Shown: piece by piece, positions 37,821-51,017 of the stretch
Numbering within the stretch: position 1 is the first letter of the stretch
Layout of the letters: each line of letters starts with the position of its first letter
Source of the DNA: Octopus vulgaris
Lineage: Eukaryota
Reading direction: 5' to 3'
DNA length: 64,000 bases
Assembly: GCA_951406725.2 (NCBI GenBank)
Contig: OX597829.1
Coordinates: forward strand, 58,280,001 to 58,344,000
Translations under genes and position numbers: made by a program
The notes under the pieces: model-generated
Seen by the model: the letters and a program-made list of their open reading frames with translations, nothing else
Database searches by the model: none
Told to the model about the DNA's origin: nothing

Positions 37821-39528
37821 CATCATCATTTAATGTCTGTTTGCCATGTTGGCATGGATTGGATAGTTTGATAGGAGCTGGTCAGTCAAAGAGCTGTTCA
37901 GGCTCCAATTGTCTGTTTTGGCATGGTTTCTATGGCTGGATACTTTTCCTAATGCTAACCATTTCACAGTGTGGGCTGGGTGCTTCTTAAGTGGGAGTGG
38001 CATGGGTACTTTATACATGGAACCAACATGGATTTTTATAAGTGGCACTGACACAGGTGCCTCATATGTGGAAGTGGCACAGGAACTTTTTATATGACCC
38101 CGAATGGGAGCATTACTATGTGGCATCAGCACAGGGGTATCTTATGTGGCACCAGCAATGGGTGCATCTTATGTGGCACTAGTACAACTGACATGCTTGT
38201 ATATATGGATGGCCATGATTTTACTTGATGTGTTTTCTCAAGCACAGTAAATCACCAGAAGTTGTGCTCCCTTGTCATCTCAGTGATGATGCTTTCTCAC
38301 CACTTCATCCCACATCTTTCGATTCCACCCCTTCCACATTTGGAGATCAGCATTTCTTCACACAGCTGTCCTCATCCATATGCATCACATGACCAAAGTA
38401 GCACAGTCTTTCCTCTTGCACTCTACATCTGATGCATCTTATACCCAACTTTTCTCTTAGGATTGTCTGTGTAATTCAGAGAGAACCAGCATCACAATTA
38501 ACTTCATTTGTAATATAAGTTTTTTCACCAATATACATTACATCTTTTTTTTTTGTTTTTTTTGTGTGACCAGGGTTCCAACCTGGGCTGTAGCAACAAA
38601 GTTCACCTGCCACCTTTCATCGTTATTACCTCAAGGAGTCCTGGATACATTCCAGGCCAGTGTCTGCAATCAAATTGTCAATGTAAGTGCGATGACGTTT
38701 TCCTATTCTTACGTCACCATGAAGTGCATTCCAGCTTAGGGTGGCACATGCAGTGACACGGTAGTCGCAGCTGTCTTTACCTGATCTTGTTGATAAATTT
38801 CAGCAGGTCTCCATAAAGTCATTCATTTGTCATATGTTGCTGTCATTTCACATATAGAGTCATTCGTAGAATCCTTGTGTAGCATCAATTTAGCTCACTT
38901 GACAATTTTTTTGTCACTGCCATAGAATAGCTCTGATTCAACAGTTGTAATGAACAGTTAGATTTCAATTTGCCTGGGCAATTTGGAGTTCCAGACTTCC
39001 TTTAGCTTGTGACAGACTGTCCATGCTTCTGTCTTCCTGATCTTGATGTCTGCTTTTTAAACTGCTCGCCCAACCACCTAAGTACTTGAAGTTCCAAGTA
39101 CTACTATAAACAACAGAAGAGATTGAGAACATTTTAACTGTGTATGTACAAAAGAGTTCAAGGTCAGTCTGTGCCAAGTTGCTTCACTCTGCATACTTTA
39201 GCTCCATTACAAAAGCAAAAGTCCCAATATTTTTTGACCAGAACTTGTATTTCTTGTTATGCATTAATTTCTCTAGTGGAGCCTACTATCCACTAATTAT
39301 TTTTTTGTTTTTGTTTATGTATGAATGAATGTTTATTAATGTAGAGAGAAAATACAGTTGTATAGATTTTCTTGTCTCTTTTCCTAAGCTTGAATTCATT
39401 TGAATATATTACAAGTCCATTATTAATTTTTGTATTTTCATCGACCTTGGAGTAAGTCAAGGCACTAAGAAGTTTACTTCCCAACCACTTCTACCATAGC
39501 CTTGGGCCAACAGTTGTGTGTGTGTACA

Positions 39529-41300
39529 CAGTGGCATACCAAGAGGTGGGGGACAGTCTGCCCCAAGCGATACAATTTATTTGTATCAATATATGCAGTA
39601 TAAATATTATAGACTTTAATAATGTATAGTAGCTATTAAAATTTCCTTAAAATTTAGTAAACTTGTATTGTTTGTTAATATTGTGTAATATACAGTATAA
39701 TGTTGTTAATACAGTAATATTGTGGATAAGACAGTGTGTCAATGATATTCAGAAAGCTGGTTATTTTTTAGGCTGGTCTATATTCTCATATATTTATGAT
39801 ATCACTGATATAATCTGAGATGAAGTGAATTAAGGACAGCAATGCAGCATTTTGAAAGAAAAAAAAAGGAAAAAGAAAAACGAGAGAAGAAAGGCAAAAT
39901 GAAGGTGCCATAATTAAATTTCTCATCAGACCCGACCATCCAGACGAAACTGGTATTACAGTAGAAGGTCATGGAGATGATGCTGATCCACCACAAACTA
40001 CCGAAGAACAAAACTCTTATATTAATTTGAAAGACATTGGGATGTGGTTTGCTTAGTTTAATCATGGTGACGGTATTCGGGAAATCCTTGTACAACAAGG
40101 ATTGAAGGCTGTGCAAAATATTGACTGTGAATTCAAAGAAGTTGTATGTCCAGGACTGGAGAGACTAGAAGATTGTCAAAAAAGTAGTTTTTTTCAAATT
40201 CTACAAAATGGGGGAAAAAATCTTGAGAACTTGGGTGATATACTCTTCATTGAAAGAAGCTGTGTTTTGTTTTGTTGTAAGCTATTTTCAAGTGGAAACT
40301 CAAAGTTCTGCTCAGTTGATGATTTCAAATCTCAGTGGAAGTTGAATCTTAAGATAAAAAAAAATATGAATCTAGCCCTGCACATGAGAATGCATTTTAC
40401 TCAGTGGAAAGAGTTAGAAATTTGCCTTTCCAAAGGCGATGTAACAGACAAAGAACAAACCTAAGTTGAAAATGAAACAAAGAAATGGAAGCAAATCTTG
40501 ACTAGATTCTTGGATATAATTATGCTTCTTGATAAGCAAAACTTAGCTTTATGAGGCCATAGAGAAGATATTCTAGTTGAGAAGGCAACTGAAAGTGAAG
40601 GAAATTTTCTGGAGCTTGTTCAATTGACAAAATTCGACCCAGTGCTACGTGAACATTTGGTGAAAGTAAAAATTGATAAGTTTGCAATTTCCTATCTCTC
40701 ACCAAAAATTCAGAATGAATTTATGAACGCCCTGGGAGGATCAAGTGAGAAAGGAAGTTATTGATGAAGTGAAACAGAGTAAATACCATTGCATTATTTT
40801 TGATAGTACTCCAGACATTTCTCATATTGACCAAAATCCCCAGGTGCTACATTATGTTAAAATAGATGAAAAGGAAGTAAAAATAGAAGAATCCTTTCTT
40901 CGCTTTATTGAGATGAAAGGCAAAAATGCTGAGCAAATTACATCAATGATTCTGAAACAATTAGAAATGGATGACATTAACATTCAAGAGTGTCGTGGAC
41001 AAGCATTTGATAATGCGGCAGTAATGGCAGGTCATCGATCTGGTGTTCAAGCACGCATTACAGAAGTTAATCTAAAGATTGTATTTGTGTCATGCGTCAA
41101 TCACTCTTTGAATTTAGCAGCTGTGCATGTAGCATCAATGGGTGCAGATTCAGCTACATTTTTGGGGACACTGGATCGTTTATTTTCATTCTTCTCAGCC
41201 TCAACTATCAAACGGGCAGGTGCAGTGAAAATTGTACATAGAAAAATTCACGGAAATCATCACTGCGCTAGAACGGTTGATGGAAGATGCAAAAAATGTA
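39529..41300 (+). mobile_element. hAT transposase pseudogene (ZMYM1/Tip100-like), 3'-truncated
   Basis: CAGTGGC.TA-type left end; FCCKLF; YLSPKIQNE; IIFDSTPDISHIDQ; CRGQAFDNAAVMAG; CVNHSLNL. Confidence 0.88.
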
Positions 41301-42390
41301 TATATATATATAAAATCAAACAAAAAAATGGAACAAGAACATAACAAGCCACAACAAAACATTCAAACAGTTAGAGAGTACAAAAAAAGGACAGGGAAAA
41401 ACAAGGACGGGTCATTTGGAGCTGTCAAACATCAGTCAAGAAGCAGATTGCCTTTGCAGTTTCGGGCTGTTTCTCTCAAGATGCTCTCATCTGGCCAGCC
41501 CCAAGAAAACCTAAGCTAAGAGGACTAGATTCTTTAGAAGAAAGCAAGCGAATGTATATGAAAACAAGGATGAAAAAAAAACCGGAGAAATGGTACACAA
41601 ATACAAAAAAACAAACAACAAGTGTCTTTTGACTAAGGACGACTTAAATTAAGCTGGCATGTGTGGAAGTGAAACTTTATGGCAGGGACATAGAAGATGA
41701 AAATCATGGGAAGGAATATGGGATGCTACACGGATGGTAGTCAAACCAAGAAAGAAAGGTCAGAACACTGGTCATGCGGAAGGAGAGGAGAGAGGTAGTG
41801 GGCAGAGGGACTAAAGAATTAGGGAAGGACGAGAGAGAGAGAAAAAAAGGAAAGAGACAGAGTGAGGGAGGAGGGAAACATCATTATTTAATGTCTGTTG
41901 TCTATGCTGGCATGGGCTGGATGGTTTGACCAGGGCTAGTAAGCTGAGGGGCAGCGCACCAGACTCCAGTCTGATTTGGCAGAGTTTCTATGACTGGAAG
42001 CACTTCCTAACACCAAATATATATATATATATATATGGACACAGGTGTGGCTGTACAATAAGAAATTTCCTTCCCAATCACATGGTTCTATGTTCACTCC
42101 TACTGTTGGTATATTGGGCAAGTGTCCTCTACTATAGCCATGGATCACCCAAAGCTTTGCGAGTGGATCTGGTAGACAGAAACTGGGAGGATGAGAGACA
42201 AACTTCCACCAGGATAGGACACCAGTCTAACACAGGTAATATTACCAGATGATCTGGCACGACAAAGGTGGACTGTGACAATGGAGAATATAGTGTTGTG
42301 TACAGAAATGCAACAAAAGAGATGAGAGATAAACAAGAATTAAATTTGACAGAAAAGTTTGAATGCTAAAGGGTTACATAGTTATAGAGG

Positions 42391-44390
42391 ATCATCATCA
42401 TCATCATCATTTAGCATCCGCTTTCCATGCTAGCATGGGTTGGACGATTCAACTGGGGTCTGGGAAGCCAGAAGGCTGTGCCAGGCCCAGTCTGATCTAG
42501 CAATATTTCTACGGCTGGATGCCCTTCCTAACACCAACCACTCCGTGAGTGTAGTGGGTGCTTTTTACGTGCCATCGGCACAGGTGCCAGACGAGGCTGG
42601 CAAACGGCCACGATCGGATGGTGCTTTTTACGTGCCACCGGCACAGAGTCCAGTCGGGGTGGCACTGGCAACGGCTACGTTCGGATGACTCTCTTACGTG
42701 CCACCGGCACTGGTATCACAGCTACAATTTCCATTGATGTTGATCGATTTTGATTCTGATTCTCACTTGCCTCAACAGGTCTTCACAAGTAGGGTTTTGT
42801 GTCCCCAGAAGGAAAGGAATGCATAAGTGGACTGCCTACATCCCAGGTAGAGGCCATGGGTGATGGTCTCACTTGTCCTGCCGGGTCTTCTCACGCACAG
42901 CATACTTCCAAATGTCTTGGTCTCTAGTCATTTCCTCGGTGAGACCTAAAGTTCGAAGGTTGTGCTTCACCACCTCATCCCAGGTTTTCCTGGGTCTACC
43001 TCTTCCACAGGTTCCCTCAACCGCTAGGGTGTGGCACTTTTTCACACAACTATCTTCAGCCATTCTCGCCACATGACCATACCAGCGCAAACATCTCTCT
43101 TGCACACCACAACTGATGCTTCTTAGGTCCAACTTTCCTCTCAAAGGTACTTACACTCTGTCGAGTATGAACACTGACATTATACATCCATCGGAGCATA
43201 CTGGCTTCATTTCTTGCGAGCTTACGCATATCCTCAGCAGTCACGGCCCATGTTTCACTGCCATGTAGCATGGCTGTTCGTACTCATGCATCATACAGTC
43301 TGCCTTTTGTTCTGAGCGAGAGGCCTTTTGTCACCAGCAGGGGTAAGAGCTCTCTGAACTTTGCCCAGGCTATTCTTACTCTAGCAGTTACACTTTCAGC
43401 ACACCCACCCCCGCTACTGACTTGGTCACCTAGGTAACGGAAGCTATCAACTATTTCTAGTTTTTCCCCCTGGAAAGTGACGGAAGTTGGTCTCTGCACA
43501 TTTTCAGTGTTTATTGCTCCTGAGCATCTGCCACATACAAAAACTATCTTCCCAGTTAGCCTTCCTTTGACATTGCTGCACCTCTTATGTGTCCATAGCT
43601 TACACTTGGTACATTTTATAGAGTTTCTACCTATGCCTTTTCTGCAGATCGAGCAGGGCCATCTACCTGAAGGCGTTTGTGATTTGTCTACCTTCCTACT
43701 TATTAGGACTTTTGGTTTTAGCTAGGTTGACTCTAAGGCCCTTCGATTCTAATCCTTGCTTCCACACCTGAAACTTCTCCTCCAGTTCTGATAGTGACTC
43801 AGCAATTAGAGCAAGGTCATCAGCATAGAGGAGCTCCCAGGGGCATACTGTCTTGAATTCCTCTGTTATTGCCTGGAGGACTATGATAAATAGGAGGGGA
43901 TTGAGCCTTGGTGGACCCCTACCTCTACTCGAATTCTTCACTGTACTCATTGCCAACCCTCACCTTACTAGCAGTGTCTCTGTACATGGCTTGCACAGCT
44001 CTCATTAACCATTCATCTATCCCTAGTTTCCTCATTGACCACCAGATAAGGGATCGGGAGACCCTGTCGAAGGCTTTCTCCATGTCAACAAAAGCCAGGT
44101 ACAGGGGCTTATCTTTGGCTAGGTATTTCTCCTGCAGCTGTCTTACCAGAAATATGGCATCAGTAGTGCTTTTCCCTGGCACAAACCCAAACTGCATCTC
44201 ATCTAAACTAACTCTCTTTAATTAGTTGGGCTATGACCCTCTCCGTAACCTTCATTATCTGATCCAACAGCTTGATACCTCTGTAATTATTTGTATATAG
44301 GGCATCACCTTTACCTTTGTAACAGTTGACTATTATACTGCTACACCAGTCATTGGGAATGACTCCTTCATGTATCACCTGGTTAACTAT
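42391..44390 (-). mobile_element. RTE LINE, longest copy (~2 kb; RT through 3' tail), frameshifted
   Basis: QFGFVPGKSTTDAIF, AFVDMEKAFDRV, LLYADDL, GRGRPRKTW; (GAT)n tail at 42391. Confidence 0.95.
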
Positions 44391-44999
44391 ACTATACTAT
44401 ACAAGGATGATTGTTAATAACCTGTGTTAGTATTTAATGTCCTGGGCATGATGTTAAACTGCACCCAGGGGTCCCTTGAGTAAGGAAAGCACCATGTAAG
44501 TTCCCTATGTCATAGTTACAGTGAAGCTGTTGGCAGCTGTACTGTAAATGTGTTTACAGAAATTTCCCTCATATGGCTTTTATGGTCAATGACTGATGTA
44601 AATACAGTGTAGTTAAAGTGTATATATATCAGAGGTTAACTGCCTAATTAATTGATGTTGTGATTGAAAAAGGAAAATTCAGGACTCCACCTCTTTCAGA
44701 TTTTTTTTCTGCTCACCCTCTATGGCATGAGAGCACAAGACAGACACAGGTGGAGGGCTGCATTGACTCAATTATTTGAGCCTTCTGTCTAGAGAAGAAG
44801 AGAATCATCCCCACCACCCTTTAACGTCCATTTTCCATGCTGGTATGGGCTGGACAGTTTAACTGCAGCTTGCAAGATGCACCAGATTCCACTGGATTAC
44901 GGTTGGGTTTTTTTTGGTTTTACAAAAGCTGAACTTATATATATGTGAAATGACATAACAATGCTCAAATTTATTCAGCAAATGTAAAAATATTGTAGA

Positions 45000-46160
45000 A
45001 AGAGCAAACCGTACATCTGGAAAAACCAATCCTAACCGGGTGCAAGTTGATAATAGAGTAATACCTAGAATTCTTTGGAAAATTCCTAATAATAGCTTCC
45101 CAAAACTGCAAAGGAAGATTAGATTTAGTTTGTCTCCCATAGGGAATAATCAACCAAATAGTTTTACTATTAGTTGCCTGATTTTTAGTTTAACCATCTT
45201 TAAAAGACATCGATTTACCTTTAGAATGAAACAAGGGGTTTAAATAAGGGTTATCTCCCTTCCTCTGTTTGGTGTTGGTGTATAAATTAAAATTGATATC
45301 GTTTATATCGTTACAACTAGATTTCATGTCTCCATTAGTAAAGGTAGAATAAGATTGAATGGAATTAATGCAGGTAACTTTATCTGTATTACCTGCTTTA
45401 AGTTATTGAAAATGTCAACATTGGCAGATAACTTAGACAATCTAAATGAAATATCCTTAACTAAGTTCTTACTGATTGCCCTAGAATGATTACTGAATTG
45501 GCTAATATACTTAAGATTGGTCGATGGTTTGTGGTATAGGAAGTACGAATTATTGGGTAAGTTAAGTGTAGCATCTAAAAAGTTGGCCTTCATTACATCA
45601 TCATCAAAAACAATGCTTAAGCCCATTCTAGAGAAAAACTTAAACTATTCTTAACCTTTTGTACTTTTTGGTTAGAAACATTTTGAAGATAAAGTAAACA
45701 ATCACCATGATATAGACCTCCATTTATGTTTGGGAACTGGTCTGCCATTTCATAAAGTGTATATATATACAGACTAAATCAGCTATTTGTGCTGAATCAG
45801 AACTTCCTGTCGTAACATCAAAACCATCGTGTGTGTCTTTATGGACCCACATCTTATTGTCAAACTTTATGATAGATTTTCTGGCAGCCAACATTAATTT
45901 CTTCCCTGGTGAGACCAGCTTTGTTATGAGCAAGCCAAAGTACTATTGGGTTGATGGAGGAATAAAAACTAGAAATGTCCAACTGGACAAACTTAGTGCT
46001 CCTCTTATTAGTAATAGAACTAAACCAGTCAACGACTTGGAATGAATTGGACCATAAACTAAGCTTTAATTATTTTTAACTAATAAGTACACTGATGTCA
46101 GAGCTAGAAAGACAGATAAGCCTCAAGGATGGGTTATTAAAAAAATGTTGCTTATGATCT
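45000..46160 (-). mobile_element. Naiad-like Penelope element RT fragment, same family as 4021-5448
   Basis: GFDVTTGSSDSAQIADLV..Y; NFLDATLNL...Y..YHKP....YI...SNH; IIPYGRQ.KSNLPLQF shared with the 4254 ORF. Confidence 0.85.
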
Positions 46161-46395
46161 TTCCGTTCATCATTATGCATATATATATATATACATGTAC
46201 ATATATATATATACATATATATATATATGTATATATACATATTTATATGCATATATATACATGTACATATATGCATATACACACGTATATATATGCATAT
46301 ACATATATATATAAATGCATATACATATATATATGCATATATATATATGCATATATATACACATATATATTTTTGGTTTTGAATTTGTGTGAATG

Positions 46396-48085
46396 TCATC
46401 ATCATCATCGTTTAACGTCTGTTTTCTGTGCTAGCACGGGTTGGACAGTTCGACCGGGGTCTGGGAAGCCAAGAGGTTGCACTAGGCTCCAGTCTGATCT
46501 GGCAGTGTTTCTACAGCTGGAATCCCAACCACTCCATGAGTGTAGTGGGTGCTTTTTCGTGCCACTGATACAGAAGCCAGTCAAGGCGGCGCTGGCATCG
46601 GCCACGTTCGGATGGTGCTTTTTACGTGACACCAGCACAGGTATCACAACTACAATTTCCATTTTATATTTATTTTGATGTTGATGTACTTGACTCAATA
46701 GGTCTCCTCAAGCACAGCAGGTCACCCTACGATCCAAGGTAAGCACAGCAGGCCGTCCTGCGATCCAAGGTACTTTGGATGGGCTGGGGCTATGTGAAAC
46801 TGGTGCAGGAAACAGCCATGAACTCATGTTATTTGTTGAGTCTTTGCAGTCACAGCATATCTCCAGAGGTCTCGGTCTTTTGTCATTGCCTCTGTGAGGT
46901 CCAGCGTTCGAAGGTCATGCTTGACTACCTCATCCCATGTATTCCTGGGTCTACCTCTACCCTGGATTCCTTCAACTGTTTGGGAGTGGCATTTCTTCAC
47001 ACATCTCTCCTCATCCATCCGTAGTACATGACCATACCAGCACAGATGTCTCTCTTGCACGCCACATCCAATGCTTATTATGTCCAGCATTTCTCTCAGG
47101 TTGCTTATATATTTATTTATATGTATATAAATATGTGTATATATATATATAAGTATATGTAAATATATAGCGGTTGAGGGAACCTGTGGAAGAGGTAGAC
47201 CCAGGAAGACCTGGGATGAAGTGGTGCAGTACAACCTTCGAACATTAGGCCTCACCAAGGCAATGACTTTTGGAAATATGCTGTGTTTGAGAAGACCCTG
47301 CTAGCCAAATGAGACCATAACCTCGTGGTCTATGCCAGGGGTGTAACCAGCCCACTTACGCATACCTTTTCCTTCTTTGGACACTAAACTCTGCTTGCAA
47401 AGACCTGTTGAGGCAAGTGAAATCGAAATCAAATTCGATGACTGGCATCTGTGCTTTGGAGCGCTAAGAGCACCATTTGAGTGTGATCGTTACCAGCGTT
47501 GCCATACTGGCACGTGAAAATGCATTCGAATCAGGTCACTGCCAGTGCTGCTGACTGGCTCCTGTGCAGGTGGCATGTAAAAAACACTATTTGAACATGG
47601 CTGTTGCCAGTACCGCCTGACTGGCCCTTGTGCCAGTGGCACATAAAAGCACCCACTACACTCTCAGAGTGATTGGCATTAGGAAGGGCATCCAGTTGTA
47701 GAAACTCTGCCAGATCAAGATTGGAGCCTGGTGCAGCCATCTGGTTTTCCAGTCCTCAGTCAAATCGTCCAACCCATGCTAGCATGGAAAGTGGACATTA
47801 AACGACGATGATGATGATGATGATATATGCCGTTTGCCAGCTCTGTCTGGCCCCGTGCCGGTGACACGTAAAAGCACCATCCGTTCGTGGCCGTTCGCCA
47901 GCTCTGTCTGCCACCTGTGCAGGTGGCACGTAAAAAACACCCACTACACTCTCGGAGTGGTTGGCGTTAGGAAGGGCATCCAGCCGTAGAAACACTGCCA
48001 GATCTGACTGGGCCTGACGAAGCCTTCCAGCTTCACAGACCCCAGTTGACCCATCCAACCCATGCTAGCATGGAAAGCGGACGCA
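46396..48085. mobile_element. Back-to-back RTE 3' fragments (46396-47100 minus; 47170-47825 and 47828-48085 plus)
   Basis: GRGRPR.TWDEVV; CCATGCTAGCATGGAAAG tails with (GAT)n. Confidence 0.85.
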
Positions 48086-48221
48086 TCTATATATGTATAT
48101 ATATGTAGATATAGATATATATATGTATTTATATATGTATATAGTTATATCTATATGTATGTATATATATATATATAAATGTATGTATGTATGTATATAT
48201 ATATATGTGTGTGTGTGTATA

Positions 48222-48450
48222 TTCTGCGAGCTGGCAGAAACGTTAGCGCACCGGGCAAAATGCGTAGCCGTATTTTGTCTGCCGCTACATTCTGAGTTCA
48301 AATTTCGCCGAGGTCGACTTTGCCTTTCATCCTTTCGGGGTCGATAAATTAAGTACCAGTTACACACTGGGTCAACGTAATCGACTTAATCCCTTTGTCT
48401 GTCCTTGTTTGTCCCCTCTGTGTTTAGCCCCTTGTGGGTAGTAAAGAAAT
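48222..48450 (+). mobile_element. SINE-B, near full length
   Basis: GCGAGCTGGCAGAA head; B-box-like GAGTTCAAAT; GTCGACTTTGCCTTTCATCCTTTCGGGGTCGATAAA body. Confidence 0.75.
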
Positions 48451-48853
48451 ATATATATATGTGTGTGTGTGTATATATATATATATGTATGTATGTATAT
48501 AATTTAGATAGGGTAGAAAAAACTATAAAAATTTTTGGTACTGGTGGCCTAGTATGTATACAAAGTCAATAGACATTTTTCATATAAAAATTAGTGTACA
48601 TTTATATACAAAGAAGCAAGCCTTTAACAGGTTGCTTAACATACTAGAAAGAACAGTCAAAAAGTCCAATTTCTATAATTTTTCCTACCCTATATACATT
48701 TAAAAAATGATTTTAGCAATTTCTGAAGTTTAATCAGAATTTTTATTTGCTGCTGATTGAAACTACGCTTACATGGTGGATTTTAAAAAATTATAAAATA
48801 TAAGTATGAGACGCGTGCTATTTGGTCTCTAATTTATATGTTATTGTTTGGGC

Positions 48854-48930
48854 ATATCCACTGATGAGAACTTTGCCTTGCAATTTATTTTATTTGCTAA
48901 TTAAAGTTCAAAATCTGAGGTCCGGCTGTA
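48854..48930 (+). ncRNA. Degenerate hammerhead-like motif
   Basis: CTGATGA GAACTTT...AAAGTTC AAAA TCTGAGG TC|CGG; stem II intact, GAAA and stem I damaged. Confidence 0.4.
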
Positions 48931-49064
48931 AAACATTATAAATGTTTATATTTTTCATTCCCTTCGAAATGTATATATATGTATATCTGTGTATATATAT
49001 ATATATGTGTGTGTATTTGTATATATACATGTATATATATATGTGTGTGTGTGTATAATAATAA

Positions 49065-49707
49065 TAATATTAGGGAGTATAACTCCAAACTTACAGGGAA
49101 AAATTCAATTTAGTATTAAATCAAATTTCACAATATATATATATAAAATATAAATTAGAGATAAAACTACTATTATGCAACTCAAACAGTGATAGACATA
49201 AACCTAAACATAAATAACAATATATATTTTTATAAAACAAATATTTAGATCTCAAAAAGTATAAAAATGAATGATCAATATATAACAGGTAAAAAAAAAC
49301 ATATCATAAATTTAATGAAAACCTTAGATATATAAATGCTAATAGTAATCACTCACCATCAATTAAAAAAATCATTGATGAATAATATTAGTAAATGAAT
49401 ATCATTACTTACTTATGATTTAGAAATTTTCAATAAACATGCACCTTATTATAATGAAGCCCCGCAAGAGGCAGGATATAATAATAATATTAAATTCTTT
49501 GATAATTATTATAATAGTAATATTAGTAGTAATAATAAAAATAGTATTTATAATAATAATAATAATAATATAAATAAAAATAAAAGTAGAAATAAGACGA
49601 ATTTTAATTTTAATTCAATAAATGATAATAATAGTTATAATTATAATTTTAATAATATTAAAAAGAAATATAATAATAATAATATGATTAATAATAATAG
49701 TGTTAAT

Positions 49708-49742
<35 letters not shown>

Positions 49743-51017
49743 TATAAATAATAGGAATAAAATTTGGTTAATTGTTCCTTATGGGGCTCAAGTTAAAACT
49801 AATATTATTAAAGAGATTTTAAATATTATTGAACAATTCATTCATGATAATCGTAAATATAAAAAATATTTTCTCTAGTAATAATTTTGGAGTTGGTTAT
49901 TCTACCACTAATAATGTAGGTAACATTATTTCTTCTTTTAACAAATTTAAGTTGAATAATTTTTATAAAACGAAATTTTATAATCATACCAATAATAATA
50001 CAGATAAGGCACTCATATTGTACATGTAGAGATAAAACTAATTGTGAAATTAATAATAAATGTGATTTAAACAATGTTGTATATAAATGTATAGTTACTT
50101 GAATTAATGAGAATAATAGGAATAATAATAACTTAAATACCATTTATACAAGGTTCACTTCCTCTAAAATTAAATTAAGAGTAGCTCAGCATATGCATTC
50201 CTTTAAGAATAGAAATCTTATGAACTCTACTGGGCTTAACAAATATACATATGAGAACTTAAATCCCAATGAATTAAGTATAATTTAAAGTGGAAAGATA
50301 ATTTGTAAGACGAAATCATATAGTATAGGTAGTAATTCTCGTTTTTTATGTTCTAGTGAATTTAAAGAAATATGCTGTGCTTGAGAAGACCCAGCAAGCC
50401 AAATGAGACCATAACTCGTGGCCTATGCCAGGGGCATAACCAACCCATTTGTGTGTACCTTTTTCTTCTTTGGACACTAAACTCTGCTTGCAAAGACCTG
50501 CTGAGGCAAGTGAAATGGAAATCAAAATCAAAGTGAAATTCGATGATGGGCACAAGCACCATATGAGCATGATCGTTGACAGAGCGGCTAACCGGCTTCT
50601 GTGCCAGTGGCACATAAAAGGCACCATTCAAGTTTGATCATTACCAGCTTTGCCTCACTGGCACCTGTGCCATTGGCATGTGTAAAAAGATTCGAGCGAG
50701 GTCATTGCCAGTACTGCCTGACTGGCCCCCATGCCGGCGGCATGTAAAAGCACCCCTTACACTCTCAGAGTGGTTGGCGTTAGGAAGGGCATCCAGCTGT
50801 AGAAACTCTGCCAGATCAAGACTGGAACCTGGTGCAGCCGTCTGGCTCGCCAGCCCTCAGTCAAACCGTCCAACCCATGCTAGCTTGGAAAGTGGACGTT
50901 AAACGATGATGATGATTATTTGATAATCATAATAAATTAGTTAATTCATTGGACGAGCATAAAATTAAATGTAGACACAAATTACTTTACTTATATAGTA
51001 AATTTTTAGATGAATAG
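49065..51017 (+). mobile_element. Very AT-rich, Asn-rich Naiad-like PLE relic, interrupted by an RTE tail at ~50367-50916
   Basis: VPYG.Q.K.N; NVVYKCIV; R...H..SFK...NSTGL.KYI; LKW; FLCSSE | insert | KLVN...KCRH. Confidence 0.75.

Noticed and set aside
41445-41500. CAGATGA GAGC...GCCC GAAAC (minus) as a hammerhead
   Set aside because: Core altered and no convincing NUH site or stem I; too degenerate to call.
50099-50102. In-frame TGA in the Naiad-like ORF as selenocysteine
   Set aside because: Not at an evident conserved Cys; the copy has other stops and frameshifts; no SECIS identified.
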